DNA of 64,000 bases from the human T2T-CHM13v2.0 reference genome, Homo sapiens. The DNA lies in the NCBI RefSeq assembly GCF_009914755.1, contig NC_060930.1; one strand, 5' to 3'. The position numbers and the translations under genes were made by a program. The first letter of the stretch is position 1; every line of letters begins with the position of its first letter. The notes beneath the pieces were generated by a model, which worked only from the letters and a program-made list of their open reading frames with translations, was not told the origin of the DNA and did no database searches. Shown here piece after piece: positions 1 to 12,811 of this stretch.

Positions 1-1385
1 ACAAGATTTAGAAAAATAGTACAATCAACCTGTCTTTTTAAATTTGCTTTTCTTTTGCCCCGTTCATGTTAACTCTTGTTATATTGTATTCTATTGTTAT
101 ATTCTATTATATATTCTCTCCTTCTAGACATACACACAGGTATATATACAAACATGGGTGCTTGTTTATTCTATTTTCAAAAGGTGGGATATTTTTTATA
201 CTTCTGTTGCTTGCTTTTCATATTCAACAGATATACATGGAAATCACACAAAGTTAGGAATATATTGCCTCTTTGTTACTTTTCATAGCTGCATAGTAGT
301 CAATAAACCTTATTTTTTTTAATTCCAGCCTGTCCCCTGTGGGCATTCACATATCTTACAGATTTATGTCTTACAAAAGGTACCATAATAAACATCTTTG
401 AAATCTTCTTTTTTATTTTTATTTTTCACTTTTTTTAAAGAGATGGGGTCTCACTATGTTCACCAGGCTGGTCTCTAACTCCTGGCCTCAAGTGATCCTC
501 CCATCTCGGCCTCCCAAAGTGCTGGGGTTACAGGCATGAGCCACCAGACCCAGACCTGCACATATGTTCTTACTTCCTGGTGCTTCTCTCTCGAGGGAAT
601 GCTGGGTCGAAGAGGATGTGCATTTTTAATTATAATAGACATTGCTAGATTGCTTTCCAAATAGAAGATAACACTCATTTCTGCCATTGAGCATGGTGCC
701 TCCCTTTTCATCACTTTCTACCACTTTTATATGTTACAGCCTTAAAAAAATATCTTGTCAGTCTGCTTGGTATTTCCCTGAGGCTAGTGAATTTGACCAT
801 TAAAAAAAATGTTTGTTGGCAATTTGGCTTTGCTTTTCTGTGAAATGACTATTCACATTCTTTGGCTGTTTCTTTATTGGGTTACTTATATATTTTTTCT
901 TGTCAGTTCCTAAGGGGCCTTAGTTTATTGTAGTTATTAAACCTTTTCCTGTTGTATGTGTTATAAACATTTTTTGCACACTTGTTGTTTGTTCTAAGCC
1001 GTTGTTTATGGGGATATTTTGCCCATTCCTGATTGGAGAAATGGGGCTTTAGGAAGTTATTTAACTGATCTCTGCCCTAGTTTCTTCATGTGTTAAATAT
1101 GGATAGTAATAGTATCTACCTTATGAAGTGACTGTGAAGATAAAATTATGGATTCTGTTTAAGGGTTTAGGCCAGTGTCTGGCACAGGGGAAGCATTCTA
1201 AAAATATAGCTGATGCTGTTAAACAATGACTGTTGTTGTTGTTTTACTGTTATTATCCCCAAAGCGGCCCATTCTGTCTGTTGCTGTCAGCTATGACTCA
1301 GTCCCCTGATTAACTTACGCACCACCCATTTTATCCCCTGCAGAGATGCTGCCCCCACCCCCTTAGGCCCGAGGGATCAGGAGCT

Positions 1386-4181
1386 ATGGGACCAGAGGCC
1401 CTGTCATCTTTACTGCTGCTGCTCTTGGTGGCAAGTGGAGATGCTGACATGAAGGGACATTTTGATCCTGGTGAGGAGACTGAATCATGGGTCCCTGAGG
1501 GCCAGGGCTTGGGAGGTAGAGAGTTGGGGGCCTTGACCTGTTACATGCCTGCTTTTTACTCAGCCAAGTGCCGCTATGCCCTGGGCATGCAGGACCGGAC
1601 CATCCCAGACAGTGACATCTCTGCTTCCAGCTCCTGGTCAGATTCCACTGCCGCCCGCCACAGCAGGTACTTGGCACACCTGGCACACTTGTAGCTGCCC
1701 CGAGAGGAGCTCCTGGGACCTCTACTTCCCCTCCAACCCCTCTGCCCATGCCAGTGAAACCCCTGCAGGCTGAGGGGGCAAATGAAGTGGGGTTTAAATA
1801 CTGGAGATGGAGGCAGACCTGGGGCCAGATGTTCTCTGTGCCCCTCTTCACCCTCAGGTTGGAGAGCAGTGACGGGGATGGGGCCTGGTGCCCCGCAGGG
1901 TCGGTGTTTCCCAAGGAGGAGGAGTACTTGCAGGTGGATCTACAACGACTCCACCTGGTGGCTCTGGTGGGCACCCAGGGACGGCATGCCGGGGGCCTGG
2001 GCAAGGAGTTCTCCCGGAGCTACCGGCTGCGTTACTCCCGGGATGGTCGCCGCTGGATGGGCTGGAAGGACCGCTGGGGTCAGGAGGTGAGACTGGCAGG
2101 GGCAGCACCCAGAGGAGGTTGGCTCTCCTCACTTCCAGCTGTACTTTAAACACCACCTATACGCTGACGACTCTCCAGTTTATATCATCTCCAGACTAAG
2201 CCTCTCAGCTGAGCTCCAAACAATATTGTAAACCTGGCCACCTTTTGGATTTCTCCACTTAGATGTCTTTTTTTTTTTTTCTAATAGATGGGGTCTTGCT
2301 GTGTTGCCCAGGCTGGTCTTGAACTCCTGGGCTCAGTGATCCTCCCACCTTAGCCTCCCAAAGTGCTGGGATTACAAGCACTGTAGCCAGCCACCTAGAT
2401 GTCTAATAGGCATCTCAAACATACGTTTAACTTCCCAAGCTGAATTTGATTCCCATTCCCAGCCTAAACCTGCTCCTCCCCTGGCATTCTCCAGCTCAGG
2501 AAGTGGTATCACCATTGCCTGGTTGCCTAGGCTATAAGTTAAGATGATATCCTTGATTCCTTTTTTTCTCTCACCTCCTTCCAAAGCATCAGCAGCCCCG
2601 TCTGTTCTACCTCCATAGTGTTCCTGAGTCCAGTCACTCCTCACCACTCCACCTCTACTGCCCTAGGCCACCTGCCCGCCATCTCCAGCTTAGATGAGTG
2701 CAGTAGATGCCAAACGCGTCTCCCTGCTTCTGCCCTTTTCTGCCTGGAGTCAAATCTCCACCTGGGGGGGCGGCATCCAGTGGACCTTAGAGCATGTAAA
2801 TCAGATACGTCACACCTAGCTGACACCCCCATGCTGGCTTTCCACTCTGCCAGAACAAAAGCTGAGCCCCTAGCTGGTGCAGGATGCTCAGCCTGACCTG
2901 GCTCCTGCCTGCATCACTTGTTTCTTGGCGCCTCCTTGGCCACGCTGCCTTTCTTCTTGTTGCTGGAACAAGCCAGGGCTCGTTCCCACAGCTTCTGGAC
3001 ATTTTCTCTGTGCCTGCAAAGCTCCTCCCCTAAATAACCACAGGCTCTCCCTCACTCCATTCAGTTCTCTGCCAGGTGTCACCTCCTTAGAGAGCCTTTT
3101 CTGGCCACCCACCTCACTGCTCTGTGCATACTCCCTGCCTCTTGTTCTTCGCAGCTGTTTTCCCTGCTGGGATCTCAGTCCTACAAGGGTGGGGAGTGAC
3201 GTTCACCACTGAGAACGCGCCTGGCACAGAGCGGGCACTCAGCCAACTTCTGCTGAATGAACAGAGGGAATGGGCTGAAATGAAGGGGAAGCTGAGGCAG
3301 GGGTGCAGGGCTGTGAGGATTGGGGAGAATCTGGGCACAATGGGATGATAGGCTTGGAGACAAATGGATGGAGCCAGGCAAGGAGAAGAGGGCAGCTGAG
3401 CCTGAAGTCTGAGGATGGAACATCAGAGCTGCGACAGAGCCAGAGGTCTCAGCTGCAGATCTTCATTTCACCCATGCCTGGCTGCGCCCCACAGTGCTGT
3501 GTGCTCGGTGCCACCCCTCATGGGTCTCTAAGTGGCCACTGTGGGCTGGGCCAGGGAGCAGCTGGTGGGTGGGAAGTAAGATCTGACCTGGACTCCATCC
3601 CACCCACCCCCTGTTTCCTGGCCCACAGGTGATCTCAGGCAATGAGGACCCTGAGGGAGTGGTGCTGAAGGACCTTGGGCCCCCCATGGTTGCCCGACTG
3701 GTTCGCTTCTACCCCCGGGCTGACCGGGTCATGAGTGTCTGTCTGCGGGTAGAGCTCTATGGCTGCCTCTGGAGGGGTGAGTGGCTCAGCTTCCTGGGAA
3801 TCTGTTTCCTGAGCAGGGGACTGGAGGGTGGGGAGTGTGGAGAATGGGCATCCAGGATCCCTTCTCCTGCTGGGAAGCTGTCACTCTGAGGAGGGGGCTA
3901 GCCAGCATTGTCTCCTCCATGCCAATGAGCCAGTGGAGAGATACAAGAAGGGACCTGAAACCTGCCCAGGCCTGATGCAGGGATGGGGGATGGAGCCTTA
4001 GTGCCTCTGACCCCCATCCTCTCACCCTGCCCCAGATGGACTCCTGTCTTACACCGCCCCTGTGGGGCAGACAATGTATTTATCTGAGGCCGTGTACCTC
4101 AACGACTCCACCTATGACGGACATACCGTGGGCGGGTAAGAAAGGCCCCTGCAGGATATGGAGTTTGGGGTGGGAGGGAGG

Positions 4182-4221
<40 letters not shown>

Positions 4222-7200
4222 TGTGTGTGTGAGTGTGTGTGTGTAGGGGAGCTGGTAAGTAGGGTGGGGAGTGAGATGGAAGAGCTGAGAAGAGGGATGG
4301 GTTAGGTGGGGCCTCAAAGGGTAGCACTAGGGTGACCACTAGCCCGTATGACACTGTATGAAAAAGGCACCCCTTTGCTAACACACATTGTTGGAAATTG
4401 CTGCAATAAATATATACATCATAGATTGAAATGGTGCCCCTTAGAGGTGGTGCCTTTGTGCTGGATGTGACCTGCAAGGTACCTGTAGTGCTGGGGTGGG
4501 GTGGAGAGAGGAGAAGGGCCAGCTGCATGAGTGTGAGGTGGGATGGGAATGGGACTAGTGGATGGGAGCCAGGCTGGCCATGCCACTGTGCCGGAGGGTG
4601 GCGGAGCAGAATGCCTGGATGTCAAGACCCTCTTCCCTTCCAACCTCCTCTTCCTTGGTCCCCTCTTCTCCAGACTGCAGTATGGGGGTCTGGGCCAGCT
4701 GGCAGATGGTGTGGTGGGGCTGGATGACTTTAGGAAGAGTCAGGAGCTGCGGGTCTGGCCAGGCTATGACTATGTGGGATGGAGCAACCACAGCTTCTCC
4801 AGTGGCTATGTGGAGATGGAGTTTGAGTTTGACCGGCTGAGGGCCTTCCAGGCTATGCAGGTGAGTGAGTCCGGCTCTCGAGGAGGGCTCTGAAGCCATG
4901 CAGGGTGCCGTTGGGGTGCCCCCACCACTCCTAGCCTTGACCCTGTGCCCTCTTCCCTTCCCCCCAGGTCCACTGTAACAACATGCACACGCTGGGAGCC
5001 CGTCTGCCTGGCGGGGTGGAATGTCGCTTCCGGCGTGGCCCTGCCATGGCCTGGGAGGGGGAGCCCATGCGCCACAACCTAGGGGGCAACCTGGGGGACC
5101 CCAGAGCCCGGGCTGTCTCAGTGCCCCTTGGCGGCCGTGTGGCTCGCTTTCTGCAGTGCCGCTTCCTCTTTGCGGGGCCCTGGTTACTCTTCAGCGAAAT
5201 CTCCTTCATCTCTGGTAAGCCCTGGAGTAGCCCAGTCTCCAGTCCCTGAAATTGACAACTGATTTCATTCCTAACCCTGCAGTGTCCCTAAAATACTCAT
5301 TCCTTGCATTATATCTACCCATCACCCACCGAAACTTCTCAATTAGGGGTGCCCCAAATAACTTGAGCCCCTTTCTGCCTCTTGTTCTCTGCGTATCCAT
5401 CTTTCCTTTGTAAGCCCCTTGCCCGTGACTATTATTGAGCCAGTATGACAGTACTGGTTGTTAAAATATTGAAATACTTCTGTATTAGTTGAGAAATAGC
5501 CTCTTCTCTAAGCCTCCAGATACCTGTCCTCCACCTCCCCACAATCCAGCAACTATAGGGTTAACACCCACCACAGCTGGGTGTTCCAGGACCCTGCTCC
5601 CCCAGCCCCCACTGGTCAGTGGTTGCCTATTGAGAATCACCCATGCTTCTGCTCCTTTGCACAACAGTCCACTGCCTCTGCCTCCCTTGGGTCTCCTCCT
5701 CATTTACCTCCCTCCTTTCTTTTTGTTCCTTCTCCCCAGATGTGGTGAACAATTCCTCTCCGGCACTGGGAGGCACCTTCCCGCCAGCCCCCTGGTGGCC
5801 GCCTGGCCCACCTCCCACCAACTTCAGCAGCTTGGGTGAGCAATCTTGGGTGGGCGTGTGGACCCTCTGCACCCTTCTCCCTGGGCCTCCCCCTCGGCTA
5901 GGGTGGGACCCTCCTGTGGTGCTGACCCTGCTGCCTCCACCAGAGCTGGAGCCCAGAGGCCAGCAGCCCGTGGCCAAGGCCGAGGGGAGCCCGACCGCCA
6001 TCCTCATCGGCTGCCTGGTGGCCATCATCCTGCTCCTGCTGCTCATCATTGCCCTCATGCTCTGGCGGCTGCACTGGCGCAGGCTCCTCAGCAAGGTGGG
6101 CACAGCCGTGGCATGTGGAATGGCGGGGGGAGGCCAGGCCCCAGCACGAGCCAGCGTCCAGTGGGACCTGCAGGGCACAGCCCACTAGCATCCCAAGAGG
6201 AGGGCTTAGTAAAGAGACCACTTACACCATGTCAAAGAGGGTATGGGGCTCACAGGGAGGGCTGCTCCCCAGCTCTGGGTCTGCTCAGCGGAGAGGAGCA
6301 AATACCACGACCCAGAGGAGAGAGCCTGTGGAGAGGGCACCTTGACAGGGGCAGTAGACTTTGGTCCTGGGATGCAGCTGGCCCGTATCTACCCCTCAGG
6401 GAGGGCCTGGGAGAATAGATGCCCTGACCTCACTTTCTGCCCCAAACTCCTGCTGGGCTCCTCTCTGGCTAACCCAAACCAGGCCTGTTGGTGCAGTGTA
6501 CACTAGTCAGCCTTGGGGCAGAAGCAGGGTAGAGACAGGCAGAGAGTGGGGTTGGAGGGGCAAAGGGAAGACGTCTGGCACACCCCAAGCCACGTCTTCC
6601 GGCTGGAGTCCAGTGGCAGTAATATACATTAAGGTTGATGACTGGACACGGTGGCTCATGCCTGTAATCCTAGCACTTTGGGAGGCCGAGGCGGGAGGAT
6701 CACCTGAGGTCAAGAGTTCGAGACCAGCCTGACCAACATGGTGAAATCCCATCTCTACTAAGAATACAAAATTAGCCAGGCATGGTGGCTGATGCCTGTA
6801 ATCCCAGCTACTCAGGAGGCTGAGGCATGAATCTCTTGAACCTGGGAGGCGAAGGTTGCAGTGAGCTGAGATCATGCCATTTCACTTCAGCCTGGGCGAC
6901 AAGAGCAAAATTCCATCTCAAAAAAACAAACAAACAAAAAAAAAACGGTTGATAGTTATGGACTGGGCAGATGAGGGTTAGAATCTCATTGTGGGACAGG
7001 GAAGTTACCTCCATGCTCTTGAGCTTCACTTTCTCTGCCTGTAAGATGGTGCTGATAGTATCCACAGCTGTAGGGCTCTTGTGAGGGCTGAGGGAGGGAA
7101 CGCAGGGATGGACACAGCAGAGGGCCAGGCCGTGTGTGCTGAGCAACACGGGTGATGCCTCCCATCCCTATGACAAGGCTGAACGGAGGGTGTTGGAAGA

Positions 7201-10200
7201 GGAGCTGACGGTTCACCTCTCTGTCCCTGGGGACACTATCCTCATCAACAACCGCCCAGGTCCTAGAGAGCCACCCCCGTACCAGGAGCCCCGGCCTCGT
7301 GGGAATCCGCCCCACTCCGCTCCCTGTGTCCCCAATGGCTCTGGTAAGACCTGCCTTGTTCCAGTCGCACCTCTGTCCTCTCTGCTGTTTTCTTATTGTA
7401 TCCCTTTCCCATTCTCTTTTTTTCCTGTCTTCCCCAGTTTCCACTTGTTTTCTTCTTTCTGTGCCCCTGGTTACTGTCTATATCACTCTTTGTCCCTACC
7501 ATGTAGTCTCTCTCAAGAGTTCCCCATGTATTACCCATAGTCCCCCGTGGTGCTATCTTGTCTGTGTCCCACAGACATCTCTCTATCTTTGTTGTACCCT
7601 CTCATTGTGTCTCCCTGGCCCCTTTGCTTTGTATTAGACTCACCATGTTTGTTCCTTCATCTATCCTCCATCACCCATCCTTCCATCCATAGTCATACAT
7701 CCTTGCATCCATCCATCAATCTTCCATCATCTGTCTTTCTATCTATATTCATAAATCTATTCATCCATCCATCCACCCACCCATATCCATCATCCATCTA
7801 TCCATCTATATTCACACATCCATCTTTCCATCTGTTATCCATCCATCCAACAAAACATCTGTTTACCATCCATCCATCTATTCATACGTCCCATCTGTCC
7901 ATGCATTCATTATCCAGCCAGCCGTCCGTCACTCTGCAGATCCTTGTTTTATCCTGTCTGTCTCTTAATGCAATCATCCCATCAGCCCTGGTCTTGCCCT
8001 ATTCAAGGTCTCCCTGTCTGTCTAGCCTTGAGTCTCATCCCTTCCCCGTGTTTCCCCTCCTCCTTCTCCCGACAGCGTTGCTGCTCTCCAATCCAGCCTA
8101 CCGCCTCCTTCTGGCCACTTACGCCCGTCCCCCTCGAGGCCCGGGCCCCCCCACACCCGCCTGGGCCAAACCCACCAACACCCAGGGTAAGCCCCTCTGC
8201 CCCTGGGCTCCGCCAGGCTCCCCATACCTCTACTGGGGCAGGGAAAAGCCCTCACACCTTGCACTTCCTCCTCTCCCCACTGTGGCCTATTCTGCTCTCC
8301 TGAGCTCCCAAGGAGGAAGCTCTTGTGCCCTTAGCTCATCTCTGCTGCTGCTTGCTCTTTTTTAAGGTCCCCCCCTTGAGCTGAGGAGTAGAAAGCTTAC
8401 TGGTCCCCAGCTCTTCTCCCTCCTCCTCTTCCACGCCATCTCTTCAGCTCTCCAGAGCTAGACAGGAGGTTGCTGTGGTGGCCCCAGACTATAGTAACTC
8501 CTCCTTTATTCTCCACTCTCTCTAGAGCTGCGAGGAGGAGGGCTCTCACCCCGGGCGCTTGCCCTTTCCCTCACATGTGTCCTCTCTCTGCAGTCCCAGA
8601 GGTGAAGGCTCATGCCCCAACCCTTTCCATCTGCCCCTCTTCTCCTCAGTGTTGCCTTCTCATTGTGGCCCCTTCCCCAGGGCTAAGAGGGGACAGCTCT
8701 GCTTCCTCTCCTGTCTGTAGACAACTTGTGTTGGGGCTGTGAGCAGCTGTTACCCTCCCTCCTCTCTGTGTGCCTCTGTCTCTGCTTGTTGTTGAGCTTG
8801 GTGTGTTGGGTTGAAAGGGTTGGGAGGGCTTGGCCCCAGGGGGAGCCAGGCTGAAAGCCACGGGAGAGCAGCTAAGTGAAGGGGAGGGAGCTGTGGTGAA
8901 CGGGACAAGGGTTTGGAAGGTGGAGGGTGCCTGGATGCTGGGACCATCCTGAGGCGGGAGAATTCCTGGGGAGGAATTCTTCTTCCAGCCAAGATTTATC
9001 TCACAGTCTCTTGAGAGACCCTAGGGAGGCCCTAAAAGAGTAAGACTTTATGACAGTTTTGCTCAACCATATTCATTGCCTTGAAAAGCTCTGGAATAGC
9101 TAACTCTCGTCCCATGCCAGTGTCTTCCTGGTTTGAGGTTGGCGCATGGAATACTGGGAAGATACAGCATAGACCCAGTCTCTCACTCAACCGGGAGACA
9201 CAGGGCCCTCCGGGAGGCTGAGGTGTGGGGAACTATAGCTCTTGGGCTGTTCCTGATGCCTCGTCCTGTCTTCTTTCCCCTCACCCCTGCAGCCTACAGT
9301 GGGGACTATATGGAGCCTGAGAAGCCAGGCGCCCCGCTTCTGCCCCCACCTCCCCAGAACAGCGTCCCCCATTATGCCGAGGCTGACATTGTTACCCTGC
9401 AGGGCGTCACCGGGGGCAACACCTATGCTGTGCCTGCACTGCCCCCAGGGGCAGTCGGGGATGGGCCCCCCAGAGTGGATTTCCCTCGATCTCGACTCCG
9501 CTTCAAGGAGAAGCTTGGCGAGGGCCAGTTTGGGGAGGTAAGGAGGGTGCCTACCCAGTGTCTGGCCCTATTGTGTGCTCTGATGCCATGCCTGCGCATC
9601 CCCCTAGCCAGGAACCTTAGTCATTTGTAACCGTGTTAATCCGTTTGACCCTGTGACCGCCTAGCAAACGAACTTCTTTCTCCAGGTGCACCTGTGTGAG
9701 GTCGACAGCCCTCAAGATCTGGTCAGTCTTGATTTCCCCCTTAATGTGCGTAAGGGACACCCTTTGCTGGTAGCTGTCAAGATCTTACGGCCAGATGCCA
9801 CCAAGAATGCCAGGTGAGGACTAGGGATGGCATCTGGAAGAAGGGAGGGGAGGCCGTGAAGAGTGGGGAGCCATCTAGAGAGAACAATGGCAGAGCCCAA
9901 CAGAGGGGTGGCATCTCTGGGAGGGGATTTACATGTACGCTGGGGGTGGGGACGCCTGGTCTGCCTGAGGTGGGGCAGGGGGGTGGGGGCGCGGGGGAAG
10001 GTGCAGGCCACCCACTCGGCATTCCTCTTCAGCTTCTCCTTGTTCTCCAGGAATGATTTCCTGAAAGAGGTGAAGATCATGTCGAGGCTCAAGGACCCCA
10101 ACATCATTCGGCTGCTGGGCGTGTGTGTGCAGGACGACCCCCTCTGCATGATTACTGACTACATGGAGAACGGCGACCTCAACCAGTTCCTCAGTGCCCA

Positions 10201-11968
10201 CCAGCTGGAGGACAAGGCAGCCGAGGGGGCCCCTGGGGACGGGCAGGCTGCGCAGGGGCCCACCATCAGGTACCTGCTTACCCAGGCTGGGCCTTGCTCA
10301 GAATTCCCCCAGGGGATCTCCTCCTCTCCCCTCGCTTCAGCCTGGAGGAAAAGAGGGGAGCGTGGGGGTGGGAAGGGAGAGAGGTTCCAGGAGGGCCTGG
10401 GATAAGGAATGTGTGACAAGTTAACCCAGGAACATGGACAGAAAGGCTGGAGGTGACTATGCAAGAGTGGTGAAGGGACTTGGGCCCTGCCATGACGTCC
10501 CTTCTGCTTTCTCTCACCCTCACTCCCCTCTGAGTCCAGATTGGGGAGCACAATAAAAGAAGAGCCCCCTAGTGTTGGCCAGGCCTGGGAGATTGAGAGG
10601 GAAGTGACCCTTGGCCTCATGTGGGCATTCCACCTCCACATGGGGAGCCAGAGTGACCGGGCCCGGGGAGTGGGCTCTCTCTCCTCTCCTGGATGGGAAT
10701 CTGCGAAGCTGCCCCCAGTGACCTTCTGTCGGTTCCCTTCTCAGCTACCCAATGCTGCTGCATGTGGCAGCCCAGATCGCCTCCGGCATGCGCTATCTGG
10801 CCACACTCAACTTTGTACATCGGGACCTGGCCACGCGGAACTGCCTAGTTGGGGAAAATTTCACCATCAAAATCGCAGACTTTGGCATGAGCCGGAACCT
10901 CTATGCTGGGGACTATTACCGTGTGCAGGGCCGGGCAGTGCTGCCCATCCGCTGGATGGCCTGGGAGTGCATCCTCATGGTGAGCAGCCCGAGGACAGCC
11001 AGGTTGGAGCAGGGCAGGTGGGAGAACACTGGCCGCCACTCACAGCCCTGGTCTCCATCAGTCACACACTTTCTCTGGGTTGCATTTTACAGAATCTCAT
11101 CTATAATATGAGGTTCTCCTAGCCCAAGGGACTGGGGAAAGCAGGAGCTGCAGTGTGATGGGCAAGAATCCAGGAGCCAAGAGTGGGTACTGGGGATGGA
11201 GACAGGGTGGCAGAGAGCTCAAGAGATGAGGTTGGGGGAGGAAGCTGGAGATAGAAGGGGTTGGGTAGGGAGACCGAAGGTCAGGACCAGAAAGTGGGGG
11301 TGGATGGAGAGGAAGGAGGAGCAGAAGGAAGAGGTGGGCCAGGGCCCTGGAGAGAGGACCAGAGCATGGAGAGGAAAGGCAGAGCCCAAGGGAGAGGAGT
11401 TGGAAAAGGTGGCCAGCGGAGGAGAGTGGAGAGCCTGGCGTCAGGAGGGATCAGGCCTGAGTGGAGCCCAGAGTGGATCTGGGGCTTCCAATAGGAAGGG
11501 AGGAGGGTCTACGTTGCCTGATGTCCCTGTCTGTTTTTGCTGCCTTCTCTGCATCCCAGGGGAAGTTCACGACTGCGAGTGACGTGTGGGCCTTTGGTGT
11601 GACCCTGTGGGAGGTGCTGATGCTCTGTAGGGCCCAGCCCTTTGGGCAGCTCACCGACGAGCAGGTCATCGAGAACGCGGGGGAGTTCTTCCGGGACCAG
11701 GGCCGGCAGGTCAGAGTGGAGGAGAGGGAAGATGGGTCCGAGGCGGGGGACAGAAGGGGCAGAGTTGTCATCTTGGAGACTAAAGAATATTTGTTCCCTG
11801 ACTCTCATCCACACTGCCACAATGCAGGTGTACCTGTCCCGGCCGCCTGCCTGCCCGCAGGGCCTATATGAGCTGATGCTTCGGTGCTGGAGCCGGGAGT
11901 CTGAGCAGCGACCACCCTTTTCCCAGCTGCATCGGTTCCTGGCAGAGGATGCACTCAACACGGTGTGA
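1386..11968 (+). CDS. DDR1: Discoidin domain receptor tyrosine kinase 1 (collagen receptor), DDR1b 913 aa
   Basis: GT-AG exons 1386-1470, 1564-1666, 1858-2086, 3629-3776, 4036-4135, 4674-4860, 4968-5214, 5740-5835, 5944-6095, 7178-7343, 8076-8186, 9293-9537, 9686-9813, 10051-10269, 10745-10979, 11560-11709, 11828-11968 sum to 2742 nt (913 aa + stop). Signal peptide [18 protein letters not shown], discoidin domain, TM ([21 protein letters not shown]), kinase motifs [24 protein letters not shown]. Confidence 0.99.
3539..3628 (+). ncRNA. MIR4640: miRNA hairpin mir-4640, ending at the intron 3' splice site (5'-tailed mirtron)
   Basis: 5' arm TGGGCCAGGGAGCAGCTGGTGGG pairs with 3' arm CACCCCCTGTTTCCTGGCCCAC. 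The hairpin ends on the acceptor AG at 3627-3628. Matches the hsa-mir-4640 sequence as I recall it. Confidence 0.9.
4186..4244. repeat. (TG)n microsatellite in a DDR1 intron
   Basis: Visible interrupted TG run. Confidence 0.95.
6640..6945 (+). mobile_element. Alu (AluS-like) in a DDR1 intron
   Basis: Both Alu arms, A-rich tail, flanking a(a/c)ggttgat direct repeat. Confidence 0.9.
7655..7925 (+). repeat. Degenerate (TCCA)n/(CCAT)n tract
   Basis: Dense tccatc/ccatcc repeats upstream of the 111-nt cassette exon. Confidence 0.85.
8076..8186 (+). CDS. DDR1: DDR1 cassette exon (37 aa, LLLSNPAY motif), in DDR1b/c and skipped in DDR1a
   Basis: 111-nt symmetric phase-1 exon with an NPxY PTB-binding motif. 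Confidence 0.93.
10033..10050 (+). CDS. DDR1: DDR1c alternative acceptor, 6-aa insert (SFSLFS) in the kinase domain
   Basis: Second AG at 10031-10032, 18 nt upstream of the main acceptor, in frame with no stop. Confidence 0.88.
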
Positions 11969-12805
11969 ATCACACATCCAGCTGCCCCTCCCTCAGGGAG
12001 TGATCCAGGGGAAGCCAGTGACACTAAAACAAGAGGACACAATGGCACCTCTGCCCTTCCCCTCCCGACAGCCCATCACCTCTAATAGAGGCAGTGAGAC
12101 TGCAGGTGGGCTGGGCCCACCCAGGGAGCTGATGCCCCTTCTCCCCTTCCTGGACACACTCTCATGTCCCCTTCCTGTTCTTCCTTCCTAGAAGCCCCTG
12201 TCGCCCACCCAGCTGGTCCTGTGGATGGGATCCTCTCCACCCTCCTCTAGCCATCCCTTGGGGAAGGGTGGGGAGAAATATAGGATAGACACTGGACATG
12301 GCCCATTGGAGCACCTGGGCCCCACTGGACAACACTGATTCCTGGAGAGGTGGCTGCGCCCCCAGCTTCTCTCTCCCTGTCACACACTGGACCCCACTGG
12401 CTGAGAATCTGGGGGTGAGGAGGACAAGAAGGAGAGGAAAATGTTTCCTTGTGCCTGCTCCTGTACTTGTCCTCAGCTTGGGCTTCTTCCTCCTCCATCA
12501 CCTGAAACACTGGACCTGGGGGTAGCCCCGCCCCAGCCCTCAGTCACCCCCACTTCCCACCTGCAGTCTTGTAGCTAGAACTTCTCTAAGCCTATACGTT
12601 TCTGTGGAGTAAATATTGGGATTGGGGGGAAAGAGGGAGCAACGGCCCATAGCCTTGGGGTTGGACATCTCTAGTGTAGCTGCCACATTGATTTTTCTAT
12701 AATCACTTGGGGTTTGTACATTTTTGGGGGGAGAGACACAGATTTTTACACTAATATATGGACCTAGCTTGAGGCAATTTTAATCCCCTGCACTAGGCAG
12801 GTAAT

Positions 12806-12811
12806 AATAAA
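12806..12811 (+). terminator. DDR1 polyadenylation signal AATAAA
   Basis: AATAAA about 840 nt after the stop, followed by GT-rich sequence. Confidence 0.85.

Noticed and set aside
1384-6221. Antisense ORFs of up to 206 aa over DDR1 exons
   Set aside because: Expected in GC-rich coding DNA, with no independent gene signals.
7547-8365. 272-aa ORF
   Set aside because: Low-complexity CCAT tract read through into the real DDR1 cassette exon.
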